Below are positions 12,601 to 24,900 of a stretch of 63,573 bases of DNA, one piece after another. The position numbers were made by a program, and so were the translations under genes. A model generated the notes under the pieces. The model did not search any database, was not told the DNA's origin, and saw only the letters and a list, made by a program, of their open reading frames with translations. Position 1 is the stretch's first letter. Each line of letters opens with the position of its first letter. Origin of the DNA: Aplysia californica (Eukaryota); assembly GCF_000002075.1 (NCBI RefSeq), contig NW_004797288.1, forward strand, positions 1,551,787 through 1,615,359, written 5' to 3'.

Positions 12601-15600
12601 TTTTTTTTTTTTGGTCATTGTCTTTTCGAGTATAGTTAATGTATGGTTGTGAAAGTTCTTCTTTATGTGGGAGAACTGTTTTTTCTTGTGACTGTGAAAT
12701 ATTTTTCCTTGTGTGGATGATTATGTGATTGGTGTAAAGTGCTCAGAGCTTATACTAGTACAGGATAGAGCGCTATACAAATGCAATCTATTACTATTAT
12801 TACCAGTCAATCAACAGCCAGAGTAGAGATTCCACTCACCACTCAGAAGTGTCTCCAGCTCCACTCAGTCCCGGTCCACCCATCATGCGGAGTCGCTGGT
12901 TCTCTTTCAAGATTTCTTCTGCTCTCTTTCTCAGAGAAGCCAACTCATTCTGAAGTGAAAAAGGCAGAGTTTATCCACACTATCAATACTTAGCAGTCTT
13001 GCCACCAAGCAGACACATTCCCAAAGCAGCAAAAAAACCTTCAACAAAACTGAGACAAAACTTTCTGTTCATGAAACAATAATAATATGTATACAAAGAC
13101 AGAAAACCGATAATGACCTAATAAGTACCTAAATATATGATGTTTGCTTACTCTCATTCATTTGTCTACATAAAAACAAAAAGATTCAGTTACCACGGAC
13201 TATTAAGATAAGGAAATAACTAATCTTTGGCGGCCATTTTCTCACTAGTTTTACCTCTGAAAACAGATGACCCCACCTCCTTCATTCTCACATACCTCAA
13301 CTTGTATTAAAGATAAATGGATATTTTTTTTCATCCAAACAAAGCCAAGTGAACAACCTTTAAGGTGATACCAATAACTCTACATGCCCAAAAATTGACG
13401 AGAGCCTGATTCCACCACGCTGCCTCACATATTATAATGTTCTCTGTGGCTGCTGTCCTCTCCAGATTGGTCACAGTGCGTGCTCCTTCCCCAGCTCTCA
13501 TGATTGCTTCTATACCCTCCGTAACATTATTCTTTTTCTGTGCAGTCCTTTTAATTTAATGGCCCAGATCATGCCCTTGCCTTTAATCAACGTTTTTCAG
13601 AAAAATCCACAAAGAAATTAGTTCTTTAATGGGCATGAAAGGTGTGGAGCCAAAAAACAAAAATTTGATAAAAATTCACAAACCTGTGGAAAAATGCAAG
13701 TTTCTTCACTTTGATTATTTTGACGAGAGCCTGATTCCACCACGCTGCCTCACATACATCATCTGAGCTCGACTAAACAAAAATGATAGATAAGAGAGAA
13801 TGAATAAATGAAAGAAAGAATATATCTATTGCTACCTTGGAATCCTCCAGAAGTTTGTTCTTTTCTTCGATGTGATCATCATATGCCAAGTAGAGAGGTG
13901 CCAGGTACCTCTTGTTGATCTGCAGACATAAAGTGCAGAGCAAGGTAATCCAATGTGATTTTTGAACACCATGAATTAGGCAATATACACATTGGAACAC
14001 TTTAAAAATTATGACTTTTGAATATCTGAAGATTATAGTTATAGCACTTTTAATATTACTTGTAAGCTCTTAAAAAAGCATGCATATGAGGAAAACTGTA
14101 TGCTTACTCTAAGAACAAGGCCAGGTATTCTTTGATGAATAGAATGGGGTACCATTTAAGAAATGGAAAGAATTTTTATTATATCAAAAGTGAATCCTTT
14201 TCTGAAATATGGTTGTTTGTTTGAGAAAAGACAAACATGTCAACACAAAAATGGTCATTTATAGCTGGAATAAAAGCAAGACATGCAGGCATGGAGGCTG
14301 AAACAACAGAGGGAAAGTAAAGAAGTGGGGTCAACAGCAGTCCCTTAACCTCAACAGTACAACTCAAAGTATCAGACTTGAAAACAAGATGCCAATAATA
14401 TAAGCATAATTTATTGAGCAAGGAAGTCACACAATAATATTACTTACCAACCAAGACGGGACAGGTCCCTTGGAAGGAAGTCCATTTACTTCTATAACCT
14501 GGGAAACAAAACAGCATGGCTAGTAACGGTAAATTGTGAGGCATCATGGTGAGATCAGGTGCAAGTCAAAATAATGAAATCGAGGAAACAGGCATTTTTC
14601 CGTTAGTTTGGCAATTTTTATTGAATTTTTGGTTTTGCTCATATAAAATAAACACATTTCTATGTGAATCTTACTGAAAAACATTGATTTAAGGCACAGA
14701 ATATGTAATTATCAGTTTTCAAGGACAATCAAGCAATCAAAGGTTCCACACTTTGGCGGCCATTTTCTTGTTAATTTTACAACTGAAATCAGGGGACCCA
14801 ACCTCTTTCAATCATAAATATCTTGACTTCTATTGAAGATAAATGAGCATTATTTTTAGTTGAAAACAAGGCAACTGAATACGGTAATAACCTTTCAGAT
14901 GATACTAATAACTCCACAAGCCCAAAAATTGATGGATGCCCGATTCCACCGAGTCATTACACAAATGAACTTTTGTTTTAAAATAAAGACCCCTTCCAAT
15001 GCATGCTTGCTATGCAAATAGCTGTACATATCCATGCTTCGAAAACAATGAGTTTCAAAAGATCCTGCAGACCATATATAACAAAAGTTTAATACATTGC
15101 TAGGTTGATTAAGTGCAAATTACCGTACAACATGGAAAACAATATTCAAAGCATTCTTTTATTTGATCATTTCACAGTCTTGGTCTTATATATTATGTAC
15201 ATGATGCGGCTGTAGGCAGGAAATTGCTCAACTTTCAAATTTTGCATTTGATGAAAATTTTTTCACGCAAACAGTACATCTCATAGCATCATCCTAAACA
15301 CTATCGGTGGGTGATTGGCAGGTGCTTTGGTGGGGTTTGCTCCATTTTTTGTATCAAACATCTGTCTTCCTTATAGCCCCCTCCTTCTTTTTTTGTGTTT
15401 GTTACTCCGCTGTAAAACCTCTGATCTTCGGCCTTTACATGAATGATGTAATTGTGTTCCAAGTGCCATAAAAAAAAATTTAAAAAATTATTGAACATGA
15501 GCATACCAGTATTCATTGGGGTCTCTTCTCTTGGATGTTCTTACTGAGAAGACCCAAGCAGCCCTGGCTCGCCCCCCCCCCCCCCCCCCCCAATCAAATT

Positions 15601-18600
15601 GTGTCAATAGGGGTGTAAAACACCAGCACTTACACACATAAATATATAGTCCAACCTGTCCAAGCAGATCAACTACTGTCGAGGAGAAAAGTGGCCATTT
15701 TAGACAGGTAGTTAGTGTCATTGTAATATATGTTTAACACTTTTAGTACCGTCGGCAACTTTAGTTGCCAGGCCGTAGTATGTGCTCCTTACCGCTAGCG
15801 ACTTCAGTCCCTGACTCGACTAGGCACACTAAACATAATCAAATAACAGACAGAGCCACTGCCCTGAAGTAAATACCAAAGGAAGTCTCTCTATATGATG
15901 ACACCTGAATGGTTAATGAACCTCTGTGAATGTTTAAAGCATGTTACTTGGGCTGCAAAGGTTTTTTTAATTTTAAAAAGTCTACCAAAGCTTCAGTGTT
16001 CTAAACTGGTGCAGTAATAATAATAATAATAGATAGCATTTGTATAGCGCAAATCCCCGCTCAACAGCAAGCTCTGAGCGCTTCACAATCTTTACTTGAG
16101 GGTTTTTCACTACATGAGCCTACAGTACTGAAAGAGTTTTAAAAAAGCAAGGCAGGAGAGGGAAGTAGTCGTCTGTACTTGTACAGGTGATTGTTTTGAA
16201 CAGGTGGTCGTTAGAGCAGATTCCACTGTATATATTATTACAATAACAGACAGTAATTGGCAATGCAGATCAGACGGAGAGACACCGACCTTCTTGACAT
16301 GGTTTGGGTCAACTGGCCTGTATTTGGCCTGGTAGTCACTCAGCTCAACATTGAGTCGATGAACGCTTGTCTTTAGCGTCTCATTCTCCTCTTTCAAATC
16401 CTCCATCTGTCTCCGTACATACAGGGTCTGGGCCCCTTCAATATCTTTAAATGAAAAATACAGAAAAGGAGAAACAAAGCAAGGTTAAGAATGTTCCTAC
16501 AGGTGAAGATATTTGAAGTGACGCTAGAGATAAAAAGAACGACATTGACTTTACAGTGTACATTTGAATTTAGGAAAATGTAAATCAATTCAATCATTGT
16601 CCTCAAAAGAAGAGACATGTAAAAATCAGTTAAGGAAGTAATTGACTGAAAATGAAACATAAATGCTTGTATTAAAATTGATGCATTCTCTTGATACAAG
16701 GACCATTCAAGGTCACAATAATTCTTTGCTTCACTTGTCTAGTCTAATTTAAAGTTTCAGGCACAAAATAATAAGACGACAACTATGTGAATGACCTTTA
16801 AAGTTTAACTCTAATTGTGAAACAAAAAGATTGACAAAAATGAGAGAGATCTCTCAAACACTGACATGACGACGACATGACAGGGGTATTGAAGTTACAT
16901 TCAACCTATTATTTTTACTGTACTGTACTTAAACACTTTCAAGAAAATATTGGCTGGTAAAGCATGTGACAGCTTTTACCTAGAAAGAACCGACAATAAG
17001 AAAGTAGTATGAAATCATCCTTGTATGGAACTAGAACAAAACGCTTCAAACATTCTTACCCCCATCTCTGATGGCTTCTGCCACTTTGCGTAAAGATGAC
17101 AACTCAGCTTGCATTTCTTCATTCTGTAGTTTGAGCTGTTGAAACTCCATCTCTGTGGAGAGCTCTCGTGCACTGCGAGGGGTCCGGCTGCGAGCTGACC
17201 GTGCCCCTGAAAAAAGCAACCAGAGCTCATTATACTCTAACCTTAATAAATATCTTATACACACTCAACGCTGAGTGGTAAGCAGAAACAAACACATGTT
17301 GTAATTTTGTGATAAATGCGTTAATCATTATTTTAAAAAGATGATTCTACACAGCAAAAACACTTTCAGGATTTAACTAATAAAACAATAAAACAACCCT
17401 CCTCCCCTTTAAAAAAAAATTTAAAAAATAGAATTTGGCTATTGAAAGCATATCATTTTGTTAAAAATAGGACTGTTTTGTCAAACCTTGAAAGGATAGT
17501 TTAAAAAAACAACCCAATAATAACGCAATAGTTTCCAGGAGACAGACCATTATGTTGTGCAATCCCTGAATCTATCAGTTTATTATTTTAACAAACTGAG
17601 TCCAGCAAATGACCAATAAAATGTTGGTACATAAGTGTTGGGCCAGGTGCACTACTGAAAATTGCATTTTGTGATATATACAGGGCAAATTTTAAATATA
17701 ACTATACAGTTGACAAGCATCTGATGGAAAGAAGCAAAGTAGTGAGAAGGACTCTTTTACTTCAGGTTATCATAATACACTTTTGTGAACATCAGTTAAT
17801 CTGAATTGTTTTAATTTTGAAAGTTAAATGGCTCACCTTTTTCAAGATAGAAATGGTTCAGACCTAAAGTCTTTTCCAACGAAAAAAAAATTGAGCCAGA
17901 TTTTTAATGAAAGTACAAGGGAATATTTTACAGACAGCTGAACGAAATGCCTGCTCTGACGATAACCAATTAATAGATCTTAGTAGGCCTATAAAATGTT
18001 GCTAAAAACTAGCAGAAACAAAATGGAAAAACATTTAGCAGTATTTATACAGCTATAAATACTGCAACTTCAAAATAAAACCCTAGGTGCCTGAAGTTGA
18101 GATCTACAAAAGGGAAAAACAGGCAAAAACAGAATCTTTTTGCGAGTAATGGCTTGGTCCATAACAAAGATATAGTTTCTAACTGTATAAAAAATAGAAT
18201 CAATAAGGTGAAAGATCTTATGACAAAAATGATTAAATAAAATCACTCATACCATATTATTAATCATTTTCAGCTCTTAAGCTCTAATGACAATAATGTG
18301 AAACCGAAAGAAGCTTATGAGTGATGAGCATCAGTTTTACTATCCTGTGACAAAAGCAAAAGTTGAGAAAAGGTTGGCACTGTTAATTCTTATCATCTAT
18401 ATCGGCAATCTCCAATGATATACAGCAAAGATTCAATGAAAAGTTCACAGTGTGAAGGAAAGCATCGACATGCACATTATTACACTACAGGTTTGAGTGA
18501 AAAGTTTGGTTTGAGCTAAAGTTGCAGGTGAATGTTATTACTTATGGCATAACTGTCACACAAACTGACTTGTAGTAGTAAACGATAATCAGGATAGATA

Positions 18601-18848
18601 CATAGAAAAGTGATCCAACTGACAGGAAAATCATATGGTCTTTTTCACTCATAGTTACTAATAATTAGGAAGCACTTTCAACAATGAAAATAGAAGAGGA
18701 TCAGCTGATATTGTATCATTCAATTAAGTGTATCTGAAAGACTAAAAAAAAACAACCAAGTTTGGATGAGAATTTCTCTTAATCTTCTTTCTAAGATAAG
18801 CCAAGTAGGGGATTAAAAGGAACATAATATTAAGCATGTTATTCTCTA

Positions 18849-18921
<73 letters not shown>

Positions 18922-21900
18922 ATAGCCTCTTTCAAAAGACTTATAAAAGGGTCATCCATCACCCAATAGCTCAGGAAACACTGCACTAAATAAGCACTCA
19001 GAACTTTGATGGTAAAGAGAACTCTAATCACACTGGTGGAAGGGCAGAAGTTCCAATCTACAGAAAAAACTCTGCATTTCAAGGAACAGTCACATTAAAG
19101 CTTTTTCTCAATCACTCTTGAGGAAAAGAAAAAGATGGAAACTTGCGACCGTTTTGTAATTCCTAATGTACCAATGACTGTAAAAATAAAAAATGGGAAT
19201 ACTGGAACAAATGAACCATGAGCAAAAATAGTGAAAAACAGGTATAAACTGTGGAAAATGAAAGCGAGAAGCTTTTGAAGAAATGAATTTGCTTTTAAAA
19301 TATTTTGATTTAAATCCTTGAATATGTTTGTTAGATGGGGTCACTGTAGTATTACTGGATCAGCAGCTCTCCAATATTAGATCAATTCTTCGTAAGCAAC
19401 ACTGACCATACTGAAGCATCTCCCACACACCTGTTAGCTCACATGAAAGTATGAAAAAACCAAGAGGTTACAAGTTACACAAAAGAAAGAAAGAATACAC
19501 AGAAAATCTACCATACATAGGAAGCAATGTAAATGAGACAAACGTAAATAACCAAGTAAAATTGAGGAAAAGGCTACAAAAAGATGTTACAACATTGTGC
19601 TCAAAGTTTCAACACAGATTCAACCATCACTAAAAAATCTCAAATTTCTAACATTTATCTCAAAAGTCAACGATAGAAGATGATATAATTAAAGAGTTGG
19701 GTCTCTGATTGAAATTTTACGCAGGTTACTAGTGTATTCCATTCTTAAAATTACACCAGGTATCTCATTGTGTAAACCATTTCCACCTGGGTTACCTCCC
19801 TGAGCAGACACACCCACCTGGGCTACCTCCAGCCACACCTACAAATGTGGGTACCCACACTAAAACTGCAATAACTTTCCCTCAGAACAGCTACAGAATT
19901 ATCGGACAATAAGTATACGGAAGTGCACGAACGGTAACTCAATAATAGTTTTTATTAAACTTGGAAATGATGGACTGGACCAAGTTTTAGAGAGACATCA
20001 AGGATTCGGATTTTCTCATGGTCAGGTGGCTGCCTGAAAACAAGTATTCTCATAGGTTATCGGCAATAAGTTAAAAAGCTGTTCTTTTTTCTGTTTGAAA
20101 CCGAGCACAAAAAGATATATGAAATGTGAATAAAGCATAACACAAGGAAAGTTTGAGTTAGCAGTCACACATAGAAAAGGCGGAATGAAGCATTATCATT
20201 GAGGTTCAAGTGTGCAACATGGAGGAAAAATGAAGAAAAACAAAATAGTTTCATTGATAGTAGGAAAACAAAAGAATAAAAATAAAAACCAACTTTAAAC
20301 GTCTCATGACAAATCTGATCAATGAACCTGGAATTTAAATTATGCTCAACATATTTTCAATAGTTATGTTAAACTGTAAGCCTGTCTGTTTGAATTAAAT
20401 ATAGGAATACGATTATTCTACATGTTATGTTAGACTGATTTCAAGCTGATTAATCCTACAGGGCATACTTGTCGGCTTTGCCTGCTGTTGACTCGACGTC
20501 GCTGAACTAGCTTTGATCAGATTCTCAATAGTCTCATTATCAACAAGGCCAACATTCCGCCCTTTTCTGTTGACATAGAAATGGCCACTCTCTTCCTCTA
20601 CATCTTCTCCTGGTCGGGCCTCCAGGTCTTGAAGGGCGTTGTGTACACCATTCCGCTGACCATTCGCCGTCCGATCTGACATGTTGAGCAAATCTGGAGA
20701 GAGTTCTCGGGACCCGGGAGCCTCCGTGTTTTCTTCCTCGGGGTCTTCCATTAGGCTATCTACAACACAAGTTACCGTGCGTGAGGCCGGGGGCCGGTGG
20801 GTGAGTGGGACAGTGGGACAATGGGGGTGTCGGGGTGGGAGTGCCATTTGTGCATTAAATAGACCAAAAAACAAGCAAACCAAGGGTCAAAAAGTGTAAG
20901 GAACAAATCCTGCCACCCTTTAGGAAAAATAAAAGCAGAACAAAAAAAACTCAAACATACAAACAAACAAAAAAGAGCAAGAAACCCCCCCCCCCCCCCA
21001 ACAAAAACAAAAACAAACATAACAAACCAAATAAATAAAAAGACAGAATATTCAAAAGCACAATTTAAGTGGGTCAAAAAAACTAAAATTTGATCAATGA
21101 TGTAGAGCTCCTTTATTGTTAGTGACTATTTTGCTTCCTTATCATGAGCTCAAGGACAGGAAACCAGAATTTAGCTCAGTGGATGAAATGAAGGCAAAAC
21201 AAATTTTGTTAGCAAATCTGCAAGGTTCAGTTTTGCCCTGCAAAACCATATACAAAATGAACCAGAGACTGCTTGGGAAAAGGAAATATAGGGATAATTC
21301 TACAGAAAGGAGAACCAAGATTGGTACAATCATTTCTGTTCTGAGTTCATCGAGGTAGTGAAAGTAAAAGTCTTATCACACTCTAAACTCAATCCTCTCA
21401 AAACAAGTAAATATACTGCACAACTATCTTTTTAAATTGAAAACATGTAGAGAGACGAAAAGACAGGAGGGACAGTTGTTTATTCCAATTAAGCAAGAGA
21501 AATGAAGAATAAAGAGAATAAAGGGATTGTAAAAAGTAAACTCCCGAACACACACAAAACAATTATAAACAAACAGAAGTCGAGTGGCTAGGGAGCTCTG
21601 ATTCCAAATATTGTTGAGCAATGTCTGTCCCAATCTATTTGTTTGGGTAGTGACTTGGGTGTGTCTGTGAGAAAACTCAAATTGAAAAAAAACTGTGCTG
21701 CCCTAAGGCAACCAGAAATGGCTTGCTTGTATTGTCAGCATTGTGACAAAGTGTACTGCGTGCAGCTGACATAACTTTTAATTGATTTATTTATACCACT
21801 GTATCAAAACCCCCCCTCCCCTCCAATGACCAATGAAACCAATAAATGTGGTACTTTTCTTTTTCTTGTTTATACTTGTACTGTTGTACTGCCAGAAGAA

Positions 21901-24900
21901 CACAAATTTCAACGCTTTAAGTTGGAACACTTATCCTTGTAGAAAGTGTAGAGGAGAAAGAAAAAGAGAGGGACAGAAAACAGAGACTATCAGCAAAAGT
22001 TAACATCACGCATAAACACCAGAGCATAGACACGATCCATGTGTGTTACTCTTCCATAGGAGAGATTTCACCCTCTGCTGGTGAACAATGAGTTTATTCA
22101 CTACCCCAAAATCAACAGGAGAAAAACCCTTCTTAGACCTGAACACATCAGTTTTTAATTTAGGAAAGAGTTTTATGGCACTTACAACACAATACGGTCA
22201 TATAATTGCTGAAGATTAGAAATGTTGGAAAAGAGTAACAAACACCAAAAAGAAGGAGGAGAGATAAGGATGATATATGTTTAATGGGAAAGAAGGAGAA
22301 AACCCTGCCAGAGCACCCACCAACCACCCACACCTGAAGACATAAGGCAAACATTACAACAATCATTAATAAGGACTATAAGAACTATTTCAACCCCTTT
22401 ACCACAGTCTAATTCTAGGTAGTACAATTAAAAAACTGATATAAAAAATACATGGGAAGTACCTTAATACCACACGAAAAAAAGACAAAAAGGTAAAAAA
22501 TATAGGGTACAAGTATGGTATAAAATACAAACATAAGCCATCTAGAATTAAGTTCAGCCTATGATAAATTATAAACCCAATCCAAGATTCAGAGGAAGAA
22601 GTCATGCGTGCATAAACAGAGAGACGAACCATTTCAGAATAAAGGATGACTTTGAAAGAAGAAAAAAGAATCAGAAATAAAGTGGAATAGAGTCATCAAA
22701 CAGAGAATATTAATCATAAGAAATATCACTGAATACCAGCACAATTCATCTAGTACACAGAAAAGCCAAAATGAAGAAAAAAAAAATCAAGCGCACACAA
22801 AAGTGGTAAAGAAAACCAAAAACTTCAAAATCACTGTTCAGGGACATTGTAATCCCTGTGTTGTACCAGATGGAGTGGGAAACATTGAGAAAGCGGTTTG
22901 GTCTTCAGAGTTTGTCCCCATCTAATTTGAGGGCCTTTATGGGCTGTACATTAGTAGTAAAACTTAGTACAAGGACAATATGACACCGAAAAGAGGAGAA
23001 AGAGTCAGAGGGGGAAATTGCAGCAGAGGGCGATGGAGCCATTTGCTATCATCTCAGAACTTTTTCCAATATATTTCATAAGAAAAGTTGTACGAGGATC
23101 TGCTTTTAAATTTGGACAACTGAGAGTCAGAAACCATAATTTCCCTTAAAATAAAGCAAAAGACAAACTACCTTGCTTGGAAGGACAGCATAAAGACTTA
23201 ATGCAAAGAGAAAATACAAGGAAGAACAAAACTGTACTAAAAAAAAATAATAATAAAGCTGCAAATACCTTAACACATGCCACAGATACAGCAAGGAAAG
23301 CACTGTCTTTAAAAAAAAATGTAAACCCTTTCCAGTAACAAACAAAAAATTCAGGTCCAAAATAATTCCCTTCAGAGTATTCTGTACCGCGACACTGACA
23401 ACTGCTTATTGGTTGACACTGCATCACCACTGAGTTCTGTCGGAAGATAAGCAGCAAAGGGCCTTTGCTTAAATCAGTGAGAGAGCTGTTCCATCCTGCA
23501 CTAAACATTTAGATGTACGAGAAACAGTTTCATGCCATTTGAACATTTCTAGTGTTAGTTTCAAGTCACTTGTGTGGGTGGCACTGGCAAGGAATTCACT
23601 CAAAAGCATGGCATGTTCAGAGCATTTCCTTGTGATTGGTGCCAAAAACAAAGCTCCATATTCAGTCAGGTGAGAGAACTTACCTGGTCGAGAAGACCCC
23701 CGGCCACTGTCCACTTGCCGACCAGAGCCAGGAAAGGTGTGAGAAATGTGGGCATTGTGACGAACACTTTTCACCATCTGTAATGAACAGGTAAGTACTT
23801 TTCCAGGCTACTGTTCAAAATTGTTGAAATCCACAAAAAGAAACAACAGTGATAAAAAAAAAATTATTACAGGGCTTCTGGAAAACCAGGAGGAGAAGGG
23901 AGAAATTAATTGCTGGTACTGTTATTAATCAAATATCTAAAAAAATAAAATAAAACTTAAAAAGAAAGCTGAAATTCATAATTACACGCTTTATTCTTTT
24001 CAGTAAAAAAATGCCATCATTGTCTCCTATAGTATGAACTTCTCTTTTGCCTCCTGCCCCTCCCCTATACCCCTTCAAAATATTGTTTTTCTCTCTAGTG
24101 CTTCTCAAAATGTGTTTACTCATTGGTTGAAAGAAGTAAATCTTACACTAAAGAGTGTAGACAAATTGCGTTAAAACAATGAAAATGATCTGGGAACTAG
24201 CATATATGTTTTCTAAAGACTTAATATATGTGTTTAAGACTGACTGGGGAAGGCACATATAAATATACGTGTCTCTTTGCTCCAGCTTTTTAGATATAGA
24301 CTGAGATGTTTAATACAATTATGAGGCATCGTGGGGAAATCAGACCTTCATAAAATTAATGATATCAAAGAAATCCGCATTTTTGTGGAGAATGGGCAGT
24401 TTTTTTCACAATGTCTTTTTTTGGCTCAACAAATTTAAGTGTAGACTTTATTGAAAAATGTTAGTCAAAGGCATAAAAACTGTAAATTTGCAGTTTTCAT
24501 GGACTCTCAAGCTTTGTAAGTCACCAAAGTTGGGGGGCTAATTTTACCTCTGAAACCAGGCAACCCCACCTCCTTCCACTGCATATATCTCAAGAAGTGA
24601 GGTAATTTTTTCATTGAAAGTAAGACAAATGAACAAGTTTTAACTCACTTGAGCCTGAGCTATTTTTCACCCACACCCAACAACCATTGCACCCTGACAC
24701 TTTTGGGGTTTAGTAATGCTAATGCGTTTATCACAAAAAGACAGAAAGCTATCATAATTTTTTAAAATGCAGCAAAAAAAAAAAAAGAAAGGAATTCTCT
24801 CAGAGAAAAAGAAAACTTCATTTAATTCGTCGGAATAGTTTTTATTTTATCAATATTTTGAAAGGGCAATGTCTGGGGTTTAAGCAATTTTTTCTGTGCC

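Noticed and set aside
23388-23495. Possible additional phase 1-1 CEP89 exon (WNSSLTDLSKG...CQCR)
   Set aside because: Open frame with a CAG acceptor but weak GTACAG donor, atypical composition and not needed for frame. Unsupported without RNA data.
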